From Okamejei kenojei (lineage: Eukaryota), in NCBI GenBank assembly GCA_035221665.1, contig CM069164.1, positions 18,228,001 through 18,292,000 of the forward strand: 64,000 bases of DNA, written 5' to 3'. Positions within the stretch are counted from its first letter, which is position 1. The number at the start of each line of letters is the position of its first letter. Shown in pieces: positions 35,819-48,060 of the stretch. The position numbers and the translations under genes are program-made. The notes under the pieces were generated by a model. The model saw only the letters and a program-made list of their open reading frames with translations. It was not told where the DNA came from and did not search any database.

Positions 35819-38800
35819 CTGCAATTATCCAAAACAAAACATACCATCGCACTATCAAAAAAAGACTTTTGGATATTATCTTACCAGTTACTGGATGGTT
35901 ACTTGATAAATATGGAAGATCTACCATTCACATGTGTAATGAGATAATGATTTATGAAATAAATGCAGTAATGCAACCCAAAGAATATCTATAACCACAC
36001 TTTTCTAAAGTGTTCTTTATATAAATGTGACGGTTGATATTTCATTAGTTGTAGTCAGGTCATCTATACTTTAAACAAGCATTCAACTCTTCACTTTCTT
36101 CAGCTTCAATTGAAAATTAATGTTTACCCTACTTTGTGCACATAAATGTACTTGTTTTGCACATTAACAAATGATAATCTCCACGAGTTAACATTTTTTT
36201 TTTTTACAAGAATAAAGCAATTTTTTTTGAGCTTTCACTTTTGCAGATCATCCAAGTTGTGCAAAATGATCACTAGAAATAAAGCGATGACCCACTAAAA
36301 CAATGAGCAGGCCAATATTAAGCTACAAATACAAAAGCGCTTTAAATTATTCACTAGATGCAAAATCAACTCTGCAGATGAGTCCGGATTTCCTGAATGT
36401 TGCCAACATTTTGTTTTACTTTAGATTGCCAAAAGCCTATTAATTAGTATATACACAAAATTATATTTGAAACTACTCGCTTAACTTATCTAATTTTATT
36501 TTCTTAAATTTTAGGTACAACACTATTACAACTGTCGTGTGGTCCTCTGAGGAGGTGAACCAGTTTATCCCCATACATGATGTCTTAACCTGCAACGGTA
36601 AAATCCACCCAATACAAGCTTCCGTGCTAGTTCAATTTTTTAGGCTAGAATTTACAAAAATTGGGTTCTTTTTCTCTTGATTTTTAAATATTCCTTTTTT
36701 GCTTTGAAAAGATGCACCTTAATTCATGTAGTTTCTCCCAATGTAAATGACACTTTTTTCAGTCAATTTAATTTATATTTTCTTATGCCAATTTCCAGGC
36801 AGCCACCAACCCTTTGGTCAACTTTCAAATGAGATATCCCAGGAGGCAAACTTCTCATCCCTGCTCTTAATTTTTAAAGCATTGGTTCATAGCACTGTTG
36901 TGCCAGATTATTTGTTAATGCTTATTAATGCAGCCAGTTGGGTTCTCTAAATATTGTTATATTTAAAAGGGAGAGCAATAGTTGAAGGTTTGCATGGCAT
37001 TTGAAAATGCAAGTATAATCTTGTTTTTACAAAACCCATCTTGATGTTCAAATTTTCACTTATAGCTCTTGAAATTTCAAATAAATTAGTGCACCCGGAA
37101 AAGTCACCCCAACAGTAACTAATGAACAATCATTTTTTTGTGTATACATGCAGTTGTCTGATTCAATTCAATAATGCAGATACATTTCCCTCAGATTTAG
37201 TGTCACTCACACTGGCATGTTGTGGAAAAGAGATTTAGTGGACATGCACAAAGTAAATGGCCAATACAGTGAAGTATCAACTCACAAATAAACCTAAACA
37301 AATAATTCACAAGTTCAAGCAAGAACTGCATTTAGATTATATCTGCAATTGAGGATCAGAACAGTTTGGCAGTTTTCTTGATGGTCTAATGAACAAAAAT
37401 ATCCTTAGACAAAGCACAAATCCATGTAGCCTAGAAGATTCGAGATTGGTTTTCAGATGCATAAAACCAAAGGAGTGCCAGATTTAGCCTTACCCCATAG
37501 ACTGGTACCAGAGAGCCAACAACAATTATTGAAGCACAGGGCAAGGAAATAAATGGGAGTAAAACAAGAACATAAAAAGTATAATATATAACATAAAAAA
37601 TTAGGAATATTGGAGACAAGTGAAGTTAGGCCACATCAGTTTGATTATTATTGTTCCTAATTTAGCACTGACTGCTGCGTATATTATTTTCGAACGAGTT
37701 ACGTTTAGTTCAAAATAAACCAAAATAATGTAAAATGCATCCTCTATTCAGAAATATTTCAACAATATAGCTCAAAGATCGAGGAATAATAATCATTGTT
37801 TATCATCAAACAAATTTAAACTGCATTGAAACAGCTTCCTTGTGCAAACTAGTGAAACAGGCAGACTATGTTTTATTAAATATTGGCTTTAATCCTAGTT
37901 GGTTCTCTTGAGCCAGAAGCATCTTCGACTAATTTCAAGAGGCTTATATAATAAACAAATGGCCAATCAATACCAGCTTCTGGTATACATGAAGTGCACA
38001 AATCAAAAGAGCCACAACTTTATATGCATTGGGGAACATGTTTTATAAAAAGCTGATCTTCACGAGTGTCTATAATGTGAGCATGAATTCAATTTGCTGG
38101 GATAGAACTAGTGCAGTAGATAAATATTGCTATACCAGAGAGAGATCACTTAAGTAAGGTGAAAATTAACAAACCAGAAGTGAGAGCGAAATTGAGTGTA
38201 AAAGTGTACAGTTAAGAGCACTGACTTAGTATTTTTTCCAAGTAATAAGCAATCCCCATATGTTCTAAGTATAAACTTAAAATATACATTTTAAAGCATT
38301 TTTTTTTAAAAGAAAAAGTTTAATGGGGGCTATCAAGAGCAAGGATGGCCTTCTCATACTCCCCATTATTTCAAATGAGCTTCGTCTCACCCCTCTTCAG
38401 AGGCAACTGGCTGCCATCTTGAAAGTCTCCTAAACAGGGATCAAGTATTAAATTCGCAGGTTAGTCTCAACCCCAAATGCATGTATTTCAACAGAGACGA
38501 TACAAATACTAAAAAAAAATGCAAGTACATGCGCAGGTTTACAATCAGCAATGTGTGTACACACATATAAACAGGCAACATGACAGACAACTGAAAGTGC
38601 GGCAGTGCAGCTTCATTTACCATTACACTTCATATTCTGGCCCCGTTTGATGGTCAAAGGTAAACAGCCATAAGGGGATTTCGAATGGTGTGGCATTGTA
38701 AAACATGACCTATGGATCACATTTTAATAATGCGGCACTTCATTCATGGATTTGATGATTTACGATTTATAATGTATTCTATTTCACTGCATCTATATTT

Positions 38801-39754
38801 GATTACCAAAATCAAATATCAATATATCTAGCTTGCTATTAATTGTAATTGTGCCCACAAAAGAGACGATGATTAGTTGTGTGAGTATTTGGATATGGCA
38901 AACGCAACTAAATGTGGAGGAGATACGGGTATATATACAAAATAAATTATCCTTACAACTATGACAAACCCAAATGGGTGTTAAAACAATTAAAACAGCA
39001 ATATAAAGATTGTTTTAGACAGTTCAGACATTTTCCCTTCTTGGCATACATCTTTTCTGAGCATGCACTGATTCACATTGTAGCTTATGTGTATGGTTTC
39101 ACTGAATATGTATACCTTTCAATTTCTATAAACAGCTTAACAAACCTCAATTAGGAATGTCACAATAAAATGATACAACGACTTTCAAAAGATAAAAACA
39201 TATGCAATAAATCCAAGTGAAACATAGTGGATAGGAATATTATATGGTCCATGCTTATATTATTTGTACCTGGATATTTCAAGTTCATTTTCACTCTCTC
39301 CCCCCCCCCCAAAAAAAAATAATGCAAATGTTCAAAAGCATTTTCCATTCTTAAAAGTCATGCATTGTATTTTTGCAGACATTCACCAAAGCACATTTTT
39401 TCTAAATGTTCATGCATATATATTTAAAGTAAATTGTCAAAACTTAACATCAAAATTACAATCTAACAATCAAGATTTTTTGCATGCTACAAGAAATAAA
39501 AGATTCTAAATGTTGTGCACCAACTAATTTCAACAAATATGTACATGCTGAAACAATGGAAATTGAAAAAAGTGTTAGGGGCATTTATTCTGCATAGCCA
39601 ACCAATATTAAACCAAATTGTACATGCACTGAATGCTGCTGACTTGAATCCAAATGTTCAATATGAAGAAACCTTGTCTTAACTACTGCACGCATTATCG
39701 TTAGTTCAAATGGAAAAGTATCGTTAAAACCATATTTTTGTTAAAACAAAACAT

Positions 39755-40043
39755 GGGTGGCACGTGGCACAGATGTAGAGTTGCTGCCTTACAGCCCAGA
39801 CACCCGTAATCGATCCTGACTATGGGTGCTGTCTGTACGGAGTTTGCACGTTCTCCCTGTGACCACGTGGGTTTTCCCCGGGAGCTCCGGTTTCCTCCCA
39901 CACTCCAAAGACGTACAGGTTTATAGGCCAACTGGCTTTGGTAAAATCTGTAAATTGTCTCTAGGGTAGTGTTAGTGTACGGGGATGGCTGGTCGGCGCA
40001 GACTGTGGGCCAAAGGGCCTGTTTCCGAGCTGTATTGCTAAAA
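39755..40043 (+). mobile_element. HE1-type tRNA-derived SINE
   Basis: A/B-box-like head, V-domain ggagtttgcacgttctccctgtgacc..gtgggttt...ggtttcctcccaca.tccaaagacgt, CR1-shared tail gggcctgtttcc. Confidence 0.85.
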
Positions 40044-41343
40044 GTAGACAATCCAGTATTTAGTACACTTGATGAAGCACTTTGATGCTTTGAAGTGTTG
40101 GGATTTAGACCTGATCACACCTGTTCCAGTTGCTATTAAGTTTTAAGTTGAAGACTGAGATTTCCTTTTGTGAAGGGTGCATTAAAAATCTTCATAAACC
40201 CAGAAACATCATCATAAAAATGCTCGTATTCCAAACATTTTTGGTACATTGTTTGTTTTCTCCAAGCATACATGAAAAAAAATGAAATCTATAAATAAAA
40301 ACAGCACTGGAAATTGTGAAGCTAATAGAGCTGTTATTTCACAGTTCCAGCACCTAGGTTTCATCCTGACTATGTGGAGTTTGTACATTTGCCCTATGAC
40401 TGTGTGAGTTTCCTTCGGTTGTCCAGTTTCCTTTCATATCCCAGAGACGTGGGATAATTTGTCACAATAAATTGACCTAAGCATGCAAGTGAATAGTAGA
40501 ATCTAAGGGTTGTTGAAGGGAATGCATGACAAGAAAATAGGAATTGGTGCAGATGAGTAGTTAATGGGCAGAGCAGAGCTGGTGGACCATTGGTCTTGTT
40601 TCCATGTTGTATGACATGAGTTACAACCTCTGTACTACATGTACTTAAACAGCTGGAACTGTGCCATTGTTCATTTCATTAGAAGCAAATTACAATTTTT
40701 CCTTTAAAATATACAAAACTAAGACTATCTTGGCATTTAAAATCTGGGAGCATTTGGAGCAATAAAGCTTGCAGTGTCAAGGCAGGTTCAGAGTCTCTAG
40801 TTACGATTGCAATGCATGTACATTTGATAAAATATTTCCACACAATTCTTATGGCTTTGGTTGTTGTACTCACTGCAATTCTTACCTTCAAATTCACCTG
40901 AAAATACACAAAAAACTAACCATAAGCCACAATACAGAACAAAAAACTGTACGTTACTTCACACCAGACTGGCCTTTAAACCAATTGCATTACATCAATA
41001 ACACACACAGATCTGGAAGCTAATTTGAATGAATTCGTAAGAATGAGCACGTGAAATTGGCAGTTCAATTTACTGTCTAATCTCAGGATTGAAAGGTGGT
41101 AATGTGTTCTGAAAGCATGCATTTTCATTGCCTTTTCCCTTTATGTTACCTTTCGGTAATAAAACAAGCATACGCCAACAGATGGCTTCAAGAACCAAGG
41201 AAAAAAATAACACAAGTCCTCTGCACACCAGTTTGTAGTCTAACTTTCACATATACATTTTTAAATTCCTCATGATGGGTATTTCCATTGAGGCTGCATC
41301 TATTTGTTTTAGTAACCAACGCCAACTGAAACATAACAAAATA

Positions 41344-41886
41344 CAGGAAACCCTTGTTATAATGGACCATGGGGATGGGGGGGCGGAATGCTGTCCGTTA
41401 GTGCCGAATGTCCGCTATAACCAAGTACGATATTATCATTGTACAAGTAGCAGAACCAAAAACTGCAGTTGCTGGTTAACACATAAAAGTACACAAAGTG
41501 CTGGAGTAACTCAGCAGGTCAGGCAGCATCTCTGGAGAACATGGATAAGTGACTTTTCGTTTCGAGACCTTTCTTCAGACTCGCAGTCTGGAACTGGGTC
41601 TGGAATCCAAGTGAGTTGACGTCCTGGCCTGCTGGCAGCTAGGGGAGGGGCAGGGATCGGTGGAGTCAATGGTCGTGGCCTGTAGGCAGTCGTAATACAG
41701 GTAAAAGTCGGCAGTACAGCAAACACCTGGAAGCAGCTGGAGAGGGGGTGGGGGCCAGGGTTGACATGGGCAGCCGGGTCTGTAGGCAAGCGGCAGGGGA
41801 TGATGTGAGAAAGGCAGTCATCGATAGGTTCGACCGCTATAACTGAAATCCATTATAAAAAGGTCTGTCAAAACGAGGGTTTACTG
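41344..41886. mobile_element. Tigger/pogo-type MITE with a nested Penelope-derived repeat (~41455-41585)
   Basis: TA|CAGGAAACCCTTGTTATAATGG ... AAACGAGGGTTTACTG|TA imperfect TIRs; internal ccgctataac repeats near both ends. Confidence 0.65.
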
Positions 41887-42339
41887 TACAGTATAGTTCT
41901 CTATGACCAATCCTACCCTTAAACAATGAGTGCCCTCTGCATACGCTTTTATAAACCATAATGTTGTCTTATTTCCAGCCTTCTCATTGAACTAACAAGG
42001 TAATGAGTTACTCCAGCTTTTTGTGTCAATCTTAGGTAATTTTTAAATATAGCTCTCATACTTCCTAGGTGGACAGGCAGCAGAGGTTAACATGGTCACC
42101 GAAAAGAATGAAGCAGAATCAAAAACGATAGTCTGCATTAGCTCAGTCAGTGATACCATAAACTTAAGAAAGGAATAGTAAACTAATGCAACAAGATTGC
42201 ATTATCCAAGGCTACAGAACAATTTTTCTATTTCCCCCTCCCTCAATTCACTTTGTAAAAGTATTCAACTGAGTTTACACTAAACCTCTCTCCATTCATC
42301 TTTTAATCTCCGCTTTGAAAACCCTATTCAAAACGTTGA

Positions 42340-44720
42340 ATATAGAACAGTACAGCACAAGAACGGGCCCTTCAGCCCACAATGTCAGTGTCGAACATGA
42401 CATCAAGCGCATCTCTTATTTACCGGAACATAATCCATAGCCCTCCATTCCTTGCATATCCAGTCTCTGAAATTCTACTTTCATATCAGCCAACCACCAA
42501 CATTGGCAGCGCTTTCCAGGCACTCACCACCCTCTGTGTGGAAAAAAAAACTTGCCCCACAGATATCCTTTAAACTTAGCCACTCATACCTTAAAGCTAT
42601 GCCTCTAGTATTTGATTTTTCCCATCTAAGAAAAAGATTCTGTTTCCACTAGCTATGCCTTTCAATTTTATATTCTTCTATAAGGTCTCTCCACAACCTC
42701 CGGTATTCCAGAGAAAACAATCCAGGTTTTAGTTTAGTTATAAGAGATACTGCGCGGAAACAGGCCCTTCAGCCCACTGGGTCCACGCCGACCAGTGATC
42801 CCCCCGCACATTAACACTATCCTGCACCCACTAGGGACAATTTTTACATTTACCAAGCCAATTAACCTACAAACCTGTATGTCTTTGGAGTGTGGGAGGA
42901 AACCGAAGATCTCTGGGAAAACCCACGCAGGTCACGGGGAGAACATACAAACTCCGTACAGACAGCACCCGTAGTCGGGATCGAACCCGGGTCTCCGGTG
43001 CTGCATTCGCTGTAAGGCAGCAACTCTACCGCTGCGTCACCGTGACTGCCCAACCCCTCCCTGAACCGTATACCCTCAGATCCAGGTAAACTGCCTCTGC
43101 ACCCTTTCCAAAACAATATCTTTCCTCACACTTGCTCAGATTAAATTCCATCTGCCATTTCCCCACCTGTTTCTGGAGCTGATCTATATTCCGAGTAAAT
43201 CCTATCCCAAACAATCTTCTCCAGTACTGACTTGAGGGTCACTGACCTATAATTCCCTGGATTTTCCCTACTTAAATAAAGGAACAACATTAGTTACTCT
43301 CCAGTCCTCCAGTATGTCACTTCTGGCTAATGAAGACACAAAGATCTTCGTCAAGGCTTCTGCAATTTCCTCTCTTGCCTCTCTCAATAACCTAGGATAT
43401 ATCACATCAGGTCATAGGTATTTAACCACTTTAATGGTTTAAGAACACCAACATCACCTCCACCTTAATCTCAAGATGCCCTTGCATACTAATATTGATT
43501 GAAAGGTTGATTGAAAAAAAAATACAGCATGGAAACATGCCTTTTGGCCCATCTAGTCCACGGCGATCATCTATCACCTATTTACACTAGTTCTATAATG
43601 TCTCACTTTTGCATCCACTCCCGACACACTAGGGGCAATTTACGGAGGCCAATTAACCTATTCTCTGCACTTATCGCACTATCCTCCAAGTCTGTTTATT
43701 GGTAAAAAGAGATGCAAAGTACCCGTTTAGTACCTCACCTCCCTCCCCAGACACCTCGCACAAATTCCATTCTTGATCCTTGAACAGTCCTACTTTCCTC
43801 ATGATTACCATCTTGTTTGTAATATAGGTATTAAAAGCATAGGGATTTTCTTTAATCCAACTCGCCAAAGGTATTTCATGGCCCCTTTTGGGTGCTTATA
43901 AATGCCTGCCTGAGTTCTTTCCTCCTTTCTTTATATTTCCTTTTTCTTATTGACCAAAGTTATCCTCCTTACTGGAACATGCTGGTTCTGAATTTCGACC
44001 AACCGGTCTTTAAATGACTCCCACGTCAGATATAGACTTGCCCATTAGCAATTGCTCCCAGTGTACTCACCAGAACTCCTGCCTAATAAAATTGTAGTTT
44101 ACCTTAGTCCAATTTAGGAAATTTAACTCCTGCAAGGTTCAGCTTCTCCAGATTCAAAACAATCATAAAAGTAATGGAATTGTGATCTGTATACCCAAAA
44201 GGCTCTTCCACTAAGTCTCCTGGCTAGGCTCATTTCCCAACTCAAGGTCCGATATTTTCCCTTGTCAGGTTGGACTATCCACATACTGTTTCAAGAAACT
44301 CTTTGTTACACCTCACATATACATCCAAGGCCCTGTTGCTTTTGCATCTTTCCATAATTTGTTTGCAAATCTGTTCCCGTCTCCCGCTTGCTCTTGGGGG
44401 GGGGGGGGGGGGGAGGCTTATAGTACAATCGCATTAGTGTGCTTGCACCTTCCTTATTTATAAGCCCTACCCTTACTGCCTCAGCGGACAAACTCTCCAG
44501 TTCCTCTGAGTGCTGCCGTGACAGTCTTCCTGCAAATACTCCACCTCTTTGCCTCCCTCTCGATCACGCCTGAAACGTCGAAATGCCGGAACATTGAGCT
44601 GCTAGTCATGTCCCTCTTGCACGCACGTTTTTGCAACAGCTACAACATCATTGTCTGAAGCAACAACCTAGGCTCTTAAGTTATATTCCTTGCATTTAAA
44701 TAAACACACTTCAGCTTTTC
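42340..44720 (-). mobile_element. Long degraded CR1 LINE (APE start to 3' tail) interrupted by SINEs
   Basis: LKCVYLNARNI (APE N-terminus) near 44700; KENP.AF..YI..K...EVLN.YFASLFT; KWQMEFN.SKCE; 3' tail near 42345. Confidence 0.75.
42727..43047 (-). mobile_element. HE1-type tRNA SINE, well preserved
   Basis: Minus strand gtcacggtgacgcagcggtagagttgctg...gacccgggttcgatcccgac (A and B boxes), V-domain, (CTAAA)n tail. More diverged copies at ~40325-40610, 50185-50480 and 59677-59830. Confidence 0.9.
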
Positions 44721-44968
44721 AGCATCACCATATTCTTTCCAATCCCTGCCTATCCTTCCTTTTAAGTTATTGATCCTAACCTCTACCTTCCCATTACTCT
44801 CTCCAATTTCTAACCTAATACTCTGGTGCCCATCCTCCTGCCTCTCTAATTTAAATTTTAATCTTAACAATCTCTTTCTCTTCCCATTTTCTCTTCTGAG
44901 AAGCACCTTGAGGCACCAACTATATGGAGGAAGGAGCTATGTACTGACAAGGTAACAAGTGAACTTAC

Positions 44969-45217
44969 CATAGAAGTGCCCAAATCCCATGCTGAAAGCA
45001 ATAACCAGTGCAAGTAAAATGCATTTATTCAGAGTGGTATTGAATCGATGCTGCTGCTGCTGCTGTTCTCCATCCACCATTTCCTCCTCTGGTTTTTCCT
45101 CTGCTTCAGAAGTAGATAGGGTTCTTTTTCGCATGCGTCGTCTCCGCAGAGTTGGACTGGAATTACCACTGGTTTCATCGCTACTCGATTCATTCATGCT
45201 TCCTTCCATTGCAGATA
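44969..45217 (-). CDS. CCPG1: CCPG1 coding exon 5 (basic RRRR stretch and ER transmembrane helix [22 protein letters not shown])
   Basis: Matches human ESSSDETS...RRRR.RK...[22 protein letters not shown]. ctattttag| acceptor, G|gtaagt donor; 249 nt. Confidence 0.97.
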
Positions 45218-47289
45218 CTAAAATAGAAGAACATTATAAAGATTACGCAGTCCTCTTATAATGTGCATTATAGTGCATCTATGATTATTAAAGATTTTTG
45301 ACACGTTGATGAAACAATACAAACAGATCTGCCATGATCGAATTGCAGAGCTGACTCGATAGACCAAATAGCCTATTTCTGCTCCTATATCTTATAAAAA
45401 GGGATATGAAGGGGAAAAAAAAGACTCCTATTTGATTCGAAACCTAACCCAACACTCCATGAAAGAGATTAATGAAGATGCAGTGTAACATGTTGGATCA
45501 GGTTGTCATTGTATTAGTCGACTGTGAACCAGACCTTTTAGAAGCCAGTCATTCAGAAGAGAATAAATGGATACTTATGTGGCACACCACAGCATCAACA
45601 ACAACGACTAGATGCCCTGGAATCTCGCAGCATGTAGAGGGATTGCACTGCAAATATCCACTGATGTTCCATGCAGAAAGTAGATCATTTACACATCTTT
45701 GATTTCTCTTTTAATGTAGAAATCTGGAATTTTCTAAACCCCTTTTCACCCTACATACAAAATACTCTTTAAGAAAAAGCAATAACACTAGAAAAAATAT
45801 TTAGACTAAATATCTTACTACAAATTTGCATAGGAGCAAATATTTGACAACCTATTTTTTTAAGCAACAAAGCAGCACATCCATTGACGAAATGAACTTC
45901 CTTCCTCCCAGTGGTTTACTTTGCCCTCTAAAATATTTGAAGTGGGGGGGGGGGGGTTTGTGGTGATGATGGTGGTTGGAGTGAATAATTTACATATTTG
46001 AAGTATCAAACTCCAATGGTCGGCTTAATAGACAAGTTAGGCAAAGGGGGCCAAGAAAAAAGGTCCCAAAAGTAAGCTTCAAAGGAAATTTCAAAATTAA
46101 TATGAAACGGCTAGTGGATTATTGGAACACATTGCAGAGAGCAGGAGTTGACAGCACAAGGTTTTCCAATGCACGATGGATCCCTGGGGCTTGAGGGGAA
46201 ACAGGACAGCAGTTATGATGATGCAAATGCACCAAGATCATTTGTAAACAAAGGCAAGGGCATGACATTTATTCATTGGGTGTGAGAGCAGAGGGATGGC
46301 TATGGTAAGTGGATGAGGTTGGAAGATGATAGGACTGAAACGATAGATCACTAAAAAAAGCATAAGATCACCACTTTAGAGCATAATACAAAATATTTGT
46401 CCACTTCAACCAATTTGTCCATAAGATGAGATCCGTCTGAAGAAGAGTCCCGACGCTCTGTCTATTTCCCTCCACAGGTGCTGCTTGACCAATCGAGATC
46501 CTTGAGCAGTTTGTTTTTTGCTTAAGATTCTAGCATCTGCAGTCTTTTGTGTCTCAAGCAGAAGTTGTGGCAACTCGAGTTACAAGTTAGACACTAGGTT
46601 GATAGAATCGGAGGCATTCCAGTGATCAAAGTCATGTTTCAGAGTGGGGGTGGAAGACAGACAAGTGGCATTTCAGGAGGTGGCAATAAGTAGTTTGATC
46701 TTGAGTAACAAGCTCAGTTCAAGATTGAGGAAGTAGATTTTGCAGTTCAGCACGAGAAGAGTTGAGAGATGGAACTGGATACAAGGGCCCATAATTTGTT
46801 ATCATTAAATTTTAATAGAATGGTTTGGATTAGCTGTAGTGGGTCATGTTAAAAAAACATCAACATCACCACTTATGCTGAATAAGCAAAGCAGCTTGGT
46901 GCAATCTGATCATGCCACTGGGAAAATCACACTGCCCGACAGATAGATGCTCGCTCCTTTGATTAATCACTCAATTTTAAATGTTCCGAAATCTCACAAA
47001 GCCATTTCAGCATATTTTCTTTCACACAAACTTGAAAAAGAATACATATCTTTAGTGCAGATAATTAAATATTTTGAAAAAAAACTATCATATACATATC
47101 AAAAAATTAATAAATAAGAGATCATAATGCAAATAAATATTTTCACCCAGTGCAATAAAAAGCAACAATCAATTTTCCTAGAGAAAAAGCTGAGGTCAGA
47201 ACACTGACCTGAAATACGCTTTGTAATGGAAACTTGTTATATTTGTTTGAGGGATGAGTACATTACTAACAAGGTCAGTGGTTTGTATA

Positions 47290-48060
47290 GGAAGGAACTG
47301 CAGATGCTGGTTTAAATCAGGGATAGACACAAATTGCTGGAGTAACTCAGCGGGACATGCAGCATCTCTGGAGAGAATGAATGGGTGACGTCTTGGGTCA
47401 AAACTCTTCTTCAGACTGATGTCAGAGGAGAGGAACTTACATAGATAAGGAAGTGTATAGATAAGGAAGGGTAAGGTGTGAAATCAGGGAATAGAGATCA
47501 GAAAATGTAGAATAGATCATTGTTAGTTGGGACAAAGTAACAACAAAGCAAACAGAGCTAAAATGTAGTCGGAGACAGTGAAACTGGTCAGAGAACTGGG
47601 AAGGGATGGAGAGAGAGGGAAATCAAGGGTTACTTGGTTAGAGAGGTCAATGCTCACACCGCTGGGGTACAAGCTACCCAAGCGAAATATGTGGTGCTGT
47701 TCCTCCAATTTGCGCTGGTCCTCACTCTGACAATGGAGGAGGCCCAGGACAGAAAGATTAGGGAATGGGAGGGGGAGTTAAAGTGTTTAGCAGCCGTAAG
47801 ATCAGGTAGGTTTAGGCAGACTGAGCGGAGGTGTTCAGCGAAGCGATCGCCAAGCCTGTGCTTGGTCTCGCCGATATACAGGACTCCACACCTGGAACAG
47901 CAGATACAGTAGATGAGGTTGGAGGAGGTGCAAGTGAACCTCTGCCTCACCTGAAAAGACTGTCGGGATCCTTGGACGTGGTCGAGGGGGGACGTGTAGG
48001 GACAGGTGTTGCTTTCCCCTGCGGTTGCTGGGGAAAGTACCTGGGGCGGGGGTGGTTTTG
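47290..48060 (-). mobile_element. Penelope-like element 3' fragment: GIY-YIG endonuclease remnant plus terminal repeat with degenerate hammerhead
   Basis: ORF 47654-47950 FTCTSSNLIYCICCSRCGVLYIGETKHRLGDRFAEH is the PLE GIY-YIG signature. Downstream on the same strand lies the short repeat seen throughout the window (47290-47420). Confidence 0.88.

Noticed and set aside
36515-36597. Plus-strand exon-like segment (ttttag|...|gtaaat) in a CCPG1 intron
   Set aside because: One open frame but no recognisable homology and no partner exons; such sites arise by chance in AT-rich introns.
42960-43047. tRNA-like A/B boxes
   Set aside because: Head of an HE1-type SINE continuing into a V-domain and LINE tail; no full cloverleaf.
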